Assembly (NCBI GenBank): GCA_963800275.1
Contig: CAWDAI010000008.1
Span: forward strand, 19,447 to 83,446
Origin: an uncultured Chloroflexia bacterium
Lineage (GTDB): Bacteria; Chloroflexota; Limnocylindria; Limnocylindrales; CSP1-4
Length of the DNA: 64,000 nt
Direction of reading: 5' to 3'
Both the position numbers and the translations under genes were made by a program. Positions 39,434 to 48,645 of the stretch are shown one piece after another (the first letter of the stretch is position 1; each line of letters begins with the position of its first letter). The notes beneath the pieces are model-generated. The model was not told where the DNA came from, made no database searches, and worked only from the letters and a program-made list of their open reading frames with translations.

Positions 39434-39526
39434 TGGACCCTCCTCCTCAGGAAACGGCGTAGCCGTCTAGATGGCTAGATGGCCAGCGCCCAATGTACCG
39501 ACGCGGTGCTGGCCGGTCAAACACGC

Positions 39527-40808
39527 TCATGCCGCGGCCCCATGCAGCGCCGCTGGCCGACCCGAGTCGATCCAGCGCGCCAGCTGCGCCTCGCTGAACA
39601 GCTCGTCCAGCACCATCGAGGCGGCGCCGATGACGCCGGCGCGGTTGCCGAGACGTGACAACTGGACCTGCAGATCGCGCGTGGCGAGCGCGGTGCTGCG
39701 GGCGTAGATGACCTGTCGGACCGTCGCGAGGTAGCTATCACCGGCGTGGGTCACGCCACCGCCGAGCACGATGAGGGACGGGTTGAAGAAGTTGGCCAGC
39801 CCGGCCAGGATCCCGCCGACCAGCATGGCGGAGCGATCGAGGAGGCGCGCTGCGGCCGGGTCTCCTGCCCGTGCTGCTGCCGTCACCTCCCGGGCCGTGA
39901 TCTGGCCCTGCTGCTGGAGCGCCGCCGCCAGCCGCTCGCTCCCGCCGTTCTGCGCCAGGGTCGTGCCCTCGCGTGCGAGGGCCTGGCCACCGGCGAGGAT
40001 CTCGAGGCAGTCGATCTTGCCGCAGCGGCAGGTCTCGCCGGTGCCGTTCACGACCTGGATGTGGCCGATGTCGCCGGCGCTGCCCTGGGCGCCACGGTGG
40101 ATGTGGCCGTTGCTCACGATGCCCGAGCCGATGCCGGTGCCGATCTTGACCACGATGAAGTCGTCGAGGCCGCGCGCGAGACCGGCGCGCCATTCGCCGA
40201 GGGCCATGATGTTGACGTCGTTGTCGACCCACACCGGCACCTGGTACCGGTCACCGAAGTATTCGCGCACCGGGTAGCCCTCCCAGCCGGGCATGATGGG
40301 CGGACTGATGGGGTGGCCGGTGCGGAATTCGACGGGTCCGGGCACGCCGATGCCCAGGCCCCACAGCTCACCGGGCGCCAGGGCCGTGGCCCGCAATCGT
40401 TCGAAGAGGGCCTCCACCCGGGCCAGCACGACTTCCGGTCCGGCGGTCACATCCGACGTTTCGGAGACACGCGCGAGGATGCGGCCCGTGCCATCGGCGA
40501 TGGCCACGTCCATGCCGGTAGCGCCGATGTCGGCCACGAGCAGATAGCCCGAATCGCCGCGGAACTCCAACTGTCGTGGCGGCCGGCCTACCGGTGCTGG
40601 CCGCGACCGACTCGGTCAGGAAGCCGCGAGCCAGCAGCTCGTTCACGCGCTGGGTGACGATGGCGCGTGAGAGCCCGGTGCGCGCGATCAGCTCGGAGCG
40701 GGAATGGGCGCGGCCCCGGCGGACCAGCTCGAGGATGGCCACGATGGCATCCAGCGATTCCCCCGGGACCGAACGTTGCTTCGGCACCCGTCCAGCATAC
40801 TTTTGCAT
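39527..40808 (-). pseudogene. ROK-family transcriptional regulator (wHTH + sugar-kinase-like domain), N-terminal HTH separated from the body by a frameshift near 40580-40600
   Basis: HTH part MQKYAGRVPKQRSVPGESLDAIVAILELVRRGRAHSRSELIARTGLSRAIVTQRVNELLARGFLTESV (ORF 40368..40964 frame). ROK body LEFRGDSGYLLVADIG...CRCGKIDCLE (ORF 39527..40570), offset by +1 in a ccggccgcc run. Confidence 0.7.
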
Positions 40809-40823
40809 GTCAAGTGCAAAAGT
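40799..40823. promoter_or_regulatory. Perfect palindrome ACTTTTGCA-N7-TGCAAAAGT overlapping the ROK regulator start codon (putative operator)
   Basis: 9-bp perfect inverted arms with a 7-bp spacer, AT-rich in a 70% GC background. The start codon (CAT 40806-40808) lies inside the left arm. Confidence 0.4.
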
Positions 40824-40905
40824 CGGAGGCGCACGATGGGAAAGACGTCTGGTCGCCGCGCGCAGGGCCAAGACCGGACGTCCGCTCCTCGTCGGCTCTC
40901 CGGGT

Positions 40906-41764
40906 CTAGCCCAGCTCGAACGTGGTCGTGCCGAAGACGCGCGATTCCTCGACGCGTGGGACATCGCCGAGATACATGCGCACGACGCTGAAGTCGACGC
41001 TCATGCGATGTCGACGCGCAAGGGCCATGGCCCAGGCGTTGACCTCCGGCACGTCGATAGACACGGGCTCCCCGGGGGCGAAGGCAGCGAGCGCCGTGTA
41101 GAGCTGCTCGGCGACCTCGCCGTCATCGGCAAAGAGGGGGCCGATCTTGGCGCCGACTCGGCAGCGTCGGACCACGCCGTAACCCTGCACCCGGCCTTGG
41201 CCGGGGACGGCCAGGGCCAGGGCCTGGTCCTGCTCCAACCAGGCCCGCAGGAAGCGATCACGCGGGGCGGGGAAGCAGCGTCGATCGTAGGCGGCGATCC
41301 AGGCATGCGGCACCTCGGCGGCCGGGACCACGCTCGTCGGACGGTCCATGGCCACGCCCTGCGCGCGGTAGCGGATCGTCCGATGCGAGGGCGTGAAGCC
41401 ACCGCTGCCGTACCAGCCTGGCCATCGCCTCTACGCCATCGAGACCGATCGATGCGCCACGTCGCAGGCGCGCCCGCAACAACTGCAGACGTGCCCGCCA
41501 GAGTCGTCCCCCGAAGCCTCGGAGACGGAACTCGGGCCGCACGATGAACAAGCCCATGAAGCCGAAGGCCCCGTCATAGCTGACGATGGCACCGCCACCG
41601 ATGAGCTGCCCGTCAAGCTCGGCCGCGACGAAGCCCTCCGGGTCGGTCGCCCAGAACGTCTCGTCGTCGTGGAGGCCCGGGTTCCAGCCCTCCGCGGCCG
41701 CCCACTCCAGCAGGGTGCCGACCTCGTCTCGCCGCATCAGGCGCAGCGTCAGGGGATCGTTCAT
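40906..41764 (-). pseudogene. GNAT acetyltransferase with C-terminal Acetyltransf_18/YitH-like domain, split by a frameshift near 41408-41418
   Basis: N-terminal GNAT MNDPLTLRLMRRDEVGTLLEWAAAEGWNPGLHDDETFW...GFGGRLWRA (ORF 41258..41827 frame). The C-terminus continues in another frame as ...YGSGGFTPSHRTIRYRAQGVAMDRPTSVVPAAEVPHAWIAAYDRRCF... (ORF 40906..41355). Confidence 0.6.
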
Positions 41765-41897
41765 CGGGCTCCTCGTGCGGTCGTCCTGCTCAGAGTGTGC
41801 CCCAGGCGCAGACCGTAGCGCAGCCAATTCGTGGGGCCTGGCCTATCCTGCGGACTGGGTTTCCGACCCCTCATCCCCGCCACCCGCAGGAGGCTCC

Positions 41898-43007
41898 ATG
41901 CCCCGCCATCGCCTACTCGCCCTCGCCGCCACACTGACCATGCTCGCTGCTTCCGCGCTGCCGGCCGTCGCCCAGGATGAACGCCCCCACGGTCCGCCCG
42001 ATGCCACCCCTAACCCGGTGGCGCTCGAAGCGCCCGCCGGTGACGGGACCGCGGTCCGCCTGACCACCGAGCTCGGCGACATCGTCATCGGTCTCTTCAA
42101 CGAGTCTGCGCCGGTGGCCGCGGAGAACTTCCTCAACCTGGCGCAGGAAGGTTTCTACGATGGAGTCGGCTTCCACCGTGCCGTCGAGGGCTTCGTGCTG
42201 CAGGGTGGCGATCCGGACGGCACCGGTACGGGCGGACCCGGGTACACCATCTCCGACGAGGAGGTCGTGGGCCAGTACGGTCGCGGCATCGTGGCCATGG
42301 CTCGCAGCGGAGCTCCGAACTCGGCCGGTAGCCAGTTCTTCATCGTGCTCGACGATGCCGCGGAGCAGGCGCTCGAGGCCAACCGCTCGTACACCATCTT
42401 CGGACGCGTGGTCGAGGGCATGGATGTGGTCGATGCCATCGTCGCTGCGCGCGAGCCGTCCGATCAGATCGAGAACCCCGTGAAGATCCTTTCCGCCTCC
42501 GTGGAGCAGGTCGAGCTTCCGCCCGAGCCCACCGCGGCCCCGCCTTCCGCGGCACAGCTGGCGGCCGATGAGCTGGCTGCGCTGATGCCCGCGACAGCCG
42601 CGGGTTTCGACCTGCAGACCATGACCTTCACCATGGAGCAGGTGGGCGCCCAGTTCGATCCGGCGCTCCTGGCCGATCTGCAGGCCATCGCCGAAGCTGA
42701 CGGGGCTGACGTGCAGCAGTTCGCGGTGGCCCAGTCCGCCGGTACCGACGGCACGGACTTCGTCAGCATCGCCGCCGCCTCCATCCCCGGCGTGCCCGGC
42801 ACAGAGGTGCAGTCGGCCATCATGTCGCTGCTGTTGCCAGGTACCGATAGCGCCGTGGCCACCGAGGAGACGATCGACGGACGCACGGTCCAGCGGCTCC
42901 AGCTCGACGATGCCACTACGGCCTGGATCTTCAGCAGTGACGAGGTCGTGTGGTTCGTGGTGACCACGCTGGAGGATCCCACGGAGGTCATCGCCGCGCT
43001 GCCCTGA
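41898..43007 (+). CDS. Secreted cyclophilin-type peptidyl-prolyl cis-trans isomerase with C-terminal extension domain
   Basis: GCAGGAGG RBS; signal peptide; cyclophilin motifs GFYDGVGFHRAVEGFVLQGGDP...GIVAMARSGAPNSAGSQFFIVL; 369 aa. Confidence 0.8.
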   Translation: MPRHRLLALAATLTMLAASALPAVAQDERPHGPPDATPNPVALEAPAGDGTAVRLTTELGDIVIGLFNESAPVAAENFLNLAQEGFYDGVGFHRAVEGFVLQGGDPDGTGTGGPGYTISDEEVVGQYGRGIVAMARSGAPNSAGSQFFIVLDDAAEQALEANRSYTIFGRVVEGMDVVDAIVAAREPSDQIENPVKILSASVEQVELPPEPTAAPPSAAQLAADELAALMPATAAGFDLQTMTFTMEQVGAQFDPALLADLQAIAEADGADVQQFAVAQSAGTDGTDFVSIAAASIPGVPGTEVQSAIMSLLLPGTDSAVATEETIDGRTVQRLQLDDATTAWIFSSDEVVWFVVTTLEDPTEVIAALP

Positions 43008-43089
43008 CGGCAGCTCAGGGGGCCTGCGTGGGTCGGCGCGGCCGGGCTGCTATCGCCAGCGGCGGCCCAGTCTCGGGGGATGCTTTCGC

Positions 43090-43747
43090 GATGTCGTTCG
43101 TTCGTCGGATCCTGGGGATGGCGCCGCCAACAACAAGGGCAGGCGGTGCGGGCTGGGACTCGATCCCCATCGCCGAGTTCGACGCCCTCCTCCTGGAGAC
43201 GATCGAACCGCCGCTTCTCGCGGCGGGGTTCGAGACCAGTGGCAAACGGCGCTGGGTTCGGTCTTCATCCGCGCCCGTCCGCGATGTCGTCCAGGTGGTG
43301 GCGATGAAGGGCCTGACCTACGGCGTGATGTGGGGCCACTCGCTCGACTATGCGCCTCGGCTCGTCAAGGGCGAGGTCCGCTGGCACCGGACAGCGAGGA
43401 GCGCGGATATCGACGTCCCCTTCCCCGGGTTCGGGCCACCGTGGCGGATCCCCCTGTGGAAGGGGGACCAGCCTGAGCGGCTCGTACGGGAGTTCGGCGC
43501 ACAGGTGGAGCCGGATCTTCTTCAATGGCTCGAAGTCCCCGAGGGCGAGCGCTCACTCCTGCCCAAGTTCGAGGCCGCGACGGCCGAGTTGACCTGGTAT
43601 GGCTACTGGGTCAACGTCGCGTTCGCCGCAACCCTCGTCCGTCTCGGGGAGCGAGCGCGGGCCGCCGAGCAGTTCGACATGTACGCGTCGCAGGCACAGG
43701 AGGCGCCGGACGCGGTCGAGGCCCTTCGTCGGGCCGCACTCGGCTGA
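43090..43747 (+). CDS. Hypothetical protein
   Basis: 219 aa from MSFVRRILG; globular-looking composition; no recognised motif. Confidence 0.45.
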
Positions 43748-43774
43748 CCGCTTGGACACGCGCCATTCCGCAGG

Positions 43775-44524
43775 TCACCGCAACTGCGCGTCCGACCGCT
43801 CAAACGACCCTCGGCCCTGGTCGACCTCGAAGGCGACCTCGTCGTCCAACTCGGTCACCGCGATGCTCCTGGCCGCGGCGTCCTTGAGCCGTTCGGCCTT
43901 CCTCAGCCCCAGGCGACGGTGTCCGGGGCCGGCGTTGGCGTCGGCCAGCGTGCCCGTGCGCTTCCGTCTCGCGACCGCCGCCGTGGGCGCGACCCGCAGG
44001 ACCTCCCGTGCGGTGCGGCAGGCCGGGTCGTCGAAGAGCTCGCCCAGCTCGGGGAAGCCCAGCTCCACGAGCCGGATGAGCCGCTGGCAGACCCGCGCCT
44101 GCTCGGTCACGAGCGTCATCGCGAAACGCGCGGCTTGGCGCAGCTCCACGCCCTCGAGCGGGTCGCGGGGGATGGCGTGGTCCTGCTGGGCCATGAGCGC
44201 GAGGCACCTCGCATCGGCCGGGTCGGACTTCGTGCGCTGCATCCGGCTCTTGGCAAAGTACTTGGCCCCGAGCGGGTTGACCACCCGCACCGGCATCGCT
44301 CCGCCACGCAGATGGGAGGCGAGGCCCATCCAGTAGTGGCCCGAGGACTCCATCGTGATCCGCCCCACCGGCTCGGGTTGGCGGGCCAGCCAGGCGTCGA
44401 GGCGGTCGAAGCCGGCGCGGTCCTGGGATACCCGCAGGACCTCGCGGTCGGCCTTGTCCTGTCCTGCGCGACAACGGGCCACCACGTGCTGCTTGCCGCC
44501 GATGTCGATACCCACCGTGATCAT
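43775..44524 (-). mobile_element. IS110-family transposase, 3'-truncated remnant (N-terminal DEDD domain only)
   Basis: MITVGIDIGGKQHVVAR... DEDD_Tnp_IS110 N-terminus and linker (...LVELGFPELGELFDDP...). It ends after 249 aa without the C-terminal Transposase_20 domain, only 28 bp from the neighbouring gene's stop. Confidence 0.7.
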
Positions 44525-45033
44525 CGGATGCCTCCTTCTGACACCCAGGGGTGCCCGACCATCCCGGTCAACGTCAGCTGATGGGTCCCATCACCGGTCT
44601 CATGTCTGCCGCTGGATCCCGATGACCGTTCACGGCCGAGGGTCGGGGGCCGGCATCTAGGGCCGACGGTCATCTGCCGCATAGCATCGTGCCGGTCTCC
44701 CCGTGGGGTCGGATGCCATCATCGACCCCGTAACAAGGACGTATATCAGCAGCAGACGTGCGTGCCACTCACACGGCGCGCGCCGGCCGTCTCCAACAGG
44801 TCGTTCGTGTGCCTGCCAAGCAAGCCCGAGTCGCCTGGCTCGCCCATTACGCGCGCTCGCCTGGCCCGCCCAGCAGGCACGTACGACTTGCCTGGATCGT
44901 CGCGCCCGGCAGGCGCACTCGGCTGCACATCCTTCATGCAGGCAGAAGGCGCTTGACGGAGGAACTCGGTCTACGAAGCGATGCGTTCCAAGAGCTCCAG
45001 CGGCGCCGCCGCTGAGATGCGGGCCGCTGCCTG

Positions 45034-46227
45034 CTACACCACGCGGTCGCTGAAGTCGCCGCTCGTGGGGTCCTTGAGGATCAGTTTGGAGCGGCCGTCA
45101 GGCAGCAGCTCGCGCTTGATCACCACCAGGCCCTCGTAGGTCTCCGGTGCCTTGCCGATGGGCTTGGTCGCGCCACCGCGCCAGTCGAGCTCCAGCGGCT
45201 CCCAGGCCCGGCTCTTGGCTGAGCGGTAGCAGGCATCCATGATGGCGTTGACCACGTAGCCGTCGTAGAGCGTCTCCATCGGCTCCCGGCCCTCGTCCAT
45301 GGCCGAGAACATGTCGCTGAACATGTCCACGTAGCCTAGCTCCGAGACCTCGTCGCCGACGGGGAAGAGCCAGCCGGCATCGGTCTCCGCCTTCTCAGCC
45401 ACGTAGCCACCTTCGCCCTCGCCGGCGCTGAACATCTCGAAGCCGGTGCGCAGGAAGTTGTTGATCCAGATGGTCCCGCCGGTGCCCGCGACCTCCGTGC
45501 GCAGGTCCATGCCGCCGCGGAAGGTCCAGCTGACCTCGAACTGGCCGATGGCGCCGGACTCGTAACGCACCAATGCGATGGCGTTGTCCTCGGCGTCGAT
45601 GGGGTGCACCAGCGTGTCGGTCTGGCACATGACCTCGAGCGGCCGGTTACCCTTGCCCAGGAAGACGCGCCCGATCTCGATGCAGTGGCAGCCGAGGTCG
45701 ATGATGGCCCCGCCGCCGGTGAGCCGGTGGTCCCAGAACCAGGCCGAGTGCGGTCCGGGGTGCGCCTCTCGCGCCCGCACCCAGGTGATGTCGCCGAGCG
45801 CGCCATCCTGCGCCGAGCGCATGGCCTTGAGCGACTTGGGCGAGTAGACGAGATCCTCCAGGTAGCCGCCGAAGATGCCGGCCTCCTCCACCGCCTGCAG
45901 CATGCGCTTGGCCTCGCCGGCGTTCCGCCCGAGTGGCTTGGTCACGAGCACGCTCTTGCCTGCGCGAGCCACCGCCGTCACCGCCTCCTCGTGGAGGAAG
46001 TTGGGCAGTCCCACGATGACCGTATCGGTGTCGGGATGGTCGATGGCGGCCTGCATATCGGTCGTGGATTCGGGGATGCCGTGGCGGGCCTTGAAGGCCT
46101 CGCCGCGCTCGGCCGATCGCGAATAGACCACCTGTACGCGGTCCAGGTTGCGCTGGCCGTGGAGCGTGGCGGCATAGAAGTCCCCGATGAGCCCCGTCCC
46201 CAGCAGGGACACCTTGTGCTGCTTCAC
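45034..46227 (-). CDS. Gfo/Idh/MocA-family oxidoreductase
   Basis: [17 protein letters not shown] Rossmann motif; intact 397 aa. Confidence 0.85.
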   Translation of the reverse strand: MKQHKVSLLGTGLIGDFYAATLHGQRNLDRVQVVYSRSAERGEAFKARHGIPESTTDMQAAIDHPDTDTVIVGLPNFLHEEAVTAVARAGKSVLVTKPLGRNAGEAKRMLQAVEEAGIFGGYLEDLVYSPKSLKAMRSAQDGALGDITWVRAREAHPGPHSAWFWDHRLTGGGAIIDLGCHCIEIGRVFLGKGNRPLEVMCQTDTLVHPIDAEDNAIALVRYESGAIGQFEVSWTFRGGMDLRTEVAGTGGTIWINNFLRTGFEMFSAGEGEGGYVAEKAETDAGWLFPVGDEVSELGYVDMFSDMFSAMDEGREPMETLYDGYVVNAIMDACYRSAKSRAWEPLELDWRGGATKPIGKAPETYEGLVVIKRELLPDGRSKLILKDPTSGDFSDRVV

Positions 46228-46364
46228 AGCGTTCCTCTCCTCCAGCTGATTCGTGGCTCGATCGTAAACCGTCGGCGCCGCGATCGACCGAGCTATCGGG
46301 GCAAGGCTGTACTGGACAGGCGCGGCCCTGCCTGCGGCGCTCGTGTGCTATGGAGCCCGGTCGT

Positions 46365-46568
46365 CTACTGGTTCACTTCGGCCGGATTGACCGTATGGAC
46401 CGTGCCAGCCGTGGGGCGGAAGGTGGTCTCGTGGCCGTCGTCCCAGGCCACCCGATAGCTGGTGCCGTAATCGTGCTCGACGATCTCGCGGATGGTGCCC
46501 GTGCGTGGCGGCTCATCCACTTTCCCGGAATCCACCATGATGCGGTCGCCGACCTTGGTCGTGCTCAT
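46365..46568 (-). CDS. DUF1918-family small protein
   Basis: 67 aa: MSTTKVGDRIMVDSGKVDEPPRTGTIREIVEHDYGTSYRVAWDDGHETTFRPTAGTVHTV, a typical actinobacterial DUF1918 pattern. Confidence 0.6.
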   Translation of the reverse strand: MSTTKVGDRIMVDSGKVDEPPRTGTIREIVEHDYGTSYRVAWDDGHETTFRPTAGTVHTVNPAEVNQ

Positions 46569-46696
46569 CGAGTCCTCCTCCCTGGCTCATGGCCATCGCT
46601 CCCCCCAAGGGTACGTCCGTGCGGGACCACCGTGGTAGAGCCGACCGGCCCCGACGGCCGGGTTGCCTCCTGACCCAAGGCTGCCATGCTGTGCCC

Positions 46697-48298
46697 ATGC
46701 ACCGGCTCATCCTGGCGCTGTTCCTGGTGGCGACGCTCGCGGTCGCGCCCCCGCTGGCCCGCGCACCCATGGTCCCGGTCGTGCGCGCGCAGGACGACCA
46801 GGCGCAGGCCATCGGCACGGCGGACGGCGATGCGCAGGACGACCAGGCGCAGGCCATCGGCACGGCGGACGGCGATGCACAGGACGACCTCGAGTCTCCA
46901 CTGCAGTTGGCCGTGGCCGGCTCGCCGCTGCTGCCCGCTGTGCCCGAACCGATCCGGGCCACGGTGACACTGCCGGCCCCGGCGCAGCTGCGGCTGCGCG
47001 TGGTCGATTTCGATGGCGACACGGTGGCCGAGCTGTACCGCGGACACCGCAGGGCGGGCGAGCTGCAGCGCGCCTGGGACGGCGTCACGACCGCCGGCCG
47101 CCCCGCCTCACCCGGGCCCTACCGGGTGGTCGCGACCACTTCGGTCGACGGGGCACTCGAGCGTGCCGAGACGTGGGTCACCGTGGCCGATCGGGCCGTG
47201 TCCCCGCAGGCACCGGCATCGATCACCGTGGCCGTCGACCCCGGGCACGGCGGCGACTACGACGGAGCGGTGGCGTCTGACGGCACCCGCGAGGCCGACA
47301 TCAACCTCGACATCGGCCTGCGGCTGGCCCGCATGCTCGAAGGCGCGGGCGTCAACGTCGTGCTCACTCGCGACGCCGACCGCAACGTCAACGAGCCGCC
47401 GCAGGACCGCACCGGGGATCGACTGATCGACGGTGACGATGAGCTCGCCGCTCGACCCGACGCGGCCAACGAGGCCCGCGCCGACCTGTTCATCTCGATC
47501 CACAACAACACCGCTGCGAGCCCGCGCGTGGGCGGGCCATCCACGCTCTACTTCGACGAGCGTCCCTTCGCTGCTCGCAACGCCCGCCTCGCCAGGATCG
47601 TGCAGGAGGAGATGGTGGCGGGCCTGGCCGAGGCCGGCGAAGACGGCTGGCAGCCCCACGATCACGGCGCGCTCATCTATCCCTACTACGTGCTGCGGGG
47701 CTTCGATCCGCCCCGGCTGCGTCGCCCGACGCAGATGCCGGGTGTGCTCAGCGAGGGGCTCTTCCTGTCCAACCCGCAAGAGCTGGCGCTGCTCCAGCAG
47801 CCGGCCGTACGGGGCGCCATGGCAGCCGCCTACTACCGGGCCGTCTCCAGATACCTGGCACGCCGCGGTCCGCACCTGGGCTACGCCCTGGTGGACGGGC
47901 CGGCCGAAGCGGTCGACCCGGGCAGGCCACTGACCCTGGGCATCGAGGTCCGCAACCAGGGCAGCGAGGCGGTCCGCGACTGGCGGCTCACCGGGGAGCT
48001 CGAGCGAGCCCGGCCGCGTTACCTGGGCCGGGTGGGCCGGGGCACACAGATCGCAGACGCGCGAGTGCCGCGCCTGGCCCCGGGCGAGAGCGCCCTCGTC
48101 GAGCTGCGCTTTGCGGCACCGGCGGAGCCCGGCGACTGGGTCCTGCTGGTAGACGCTCGTACCGAGTCGGACAAGCGCGCCTCGAACCTGGGCATCCCGC
48201 CCCTCCAGGTGCGCTTCGAGACGAACGCGCCGGCGCCTTCCGCTGCTCCTTCGATCTCTGCCTCGCCTTCGATCTCCGCCTCGCCCCCCGCTGCCTAA
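46697..48298 (+). CDS. Secreted N-acetylmuramoyl-L-alanine amidase (Amidase_3) with N-terminal repeat region
   Basis: Signal peptide; Amidase_3 motifs ITVAVDPGHGGDYDGA...READINLDIGLRLARML...ADLFISIHNN; 533 aa. Confidence 0.8.
   Translation: MHRLILALFLVATLAVAPPLARAPMVPVVRAQDDQAQAIGTADGDAQDDQAQAIGTADGDAQDDLESPLQLAVAGSPLLPAVPEPIRATVTLPAPAQLRLRVVDFDGDTVAELYRGHRRAGELQRAWDGVTTAGRPASPGPYRVVATTSVDGALERAETWVTVADRAVSPQAPASITVAVDPGHGGDYDGAVASDGTREADINLDIGLRLARMLEGAGVNVVLTRDADRNVNEPPQDRTGDRLIDGDDELAARPDAANEARADLFISIHNNTAASPRVGGPSTLYFDERPFAARNARLARIVQEEMVAGLAEAGEDGWQPHDHGALIYPYYVLRGFDPPRLRRPTQMPGVLSEGLFLSNPQELALLQQPAVRGAMAAAYYRAVSRYLARRGPHLGYALVDGPAEAVDPGRPLTLGIEVRNQGSEAVRDWRLTGELERARPRYLGRVGRGTQIADARVPRLAPGESALVELRFAAPAEPGDWVLLVDARTESDKRASNLGIPPLQVRFETNAPAPSAAPSISASPSISASPPAA
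46787..46876 (+). repeat. Perfect 45-nt tandem duplication inside the amidase gene (encodes AQDDQAQAIGTADGD x2)
   Basis: gcgcaggacgaccaggcgcaggccatcggcacggcggacggcgat occurs twice back-to-back, followed by a partial third copy. Confidence 0.6.
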
Positions 48299-48645
48299 AG
48301 GCTGCGGCACCCGTTTTCGAAGTCTCTGCCGGCCGCATCTAAAGGGTTCTCCTGATGTCCCCGCCGACCCTTTAGGCCCATCGTTCCGTTCAGACGCGAC
48401 GCCCCCGGTCGCGATCGAGCAGACAGGACGGACCGATGAACGACTACCAGATGACCCACCTGACCCAGACCGCTATGGCCGAGCGCCGCGCGGAAGCCGA
48501 TCGCCACCGACTGGTCCACTCCGCCCGCGGAGCGCGGTCGCGCTCGACGTCTGCCTTCGGTCGGGCACGACACTCACGCCTGGCATCGCTGCTGCGACGT
48601 GCCTGAGTGCCGGGGGCCGGCGGCGATCGCGGGTGGACTGCCCCT

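Noticed and set aside
39460-39481. Tandem octamer CTAGATGG CTAGATGG between the Gfo/Idh/MocA start and the ROK regulator stop
   Set aside because: Too short, and with no second occurrence in the window, to call a regulatory element. Noted only as a possible internal promoter or operator remnant.
41586-41897. 5' extension of the cyclophilin ORF
   Set aside because: A true start at ATG 41898 has a strong GCAGGAGG RBS and is followed immediately by a signal peptide. The upstream in-frame stretch overlaps the GNAT gene on the other strand.
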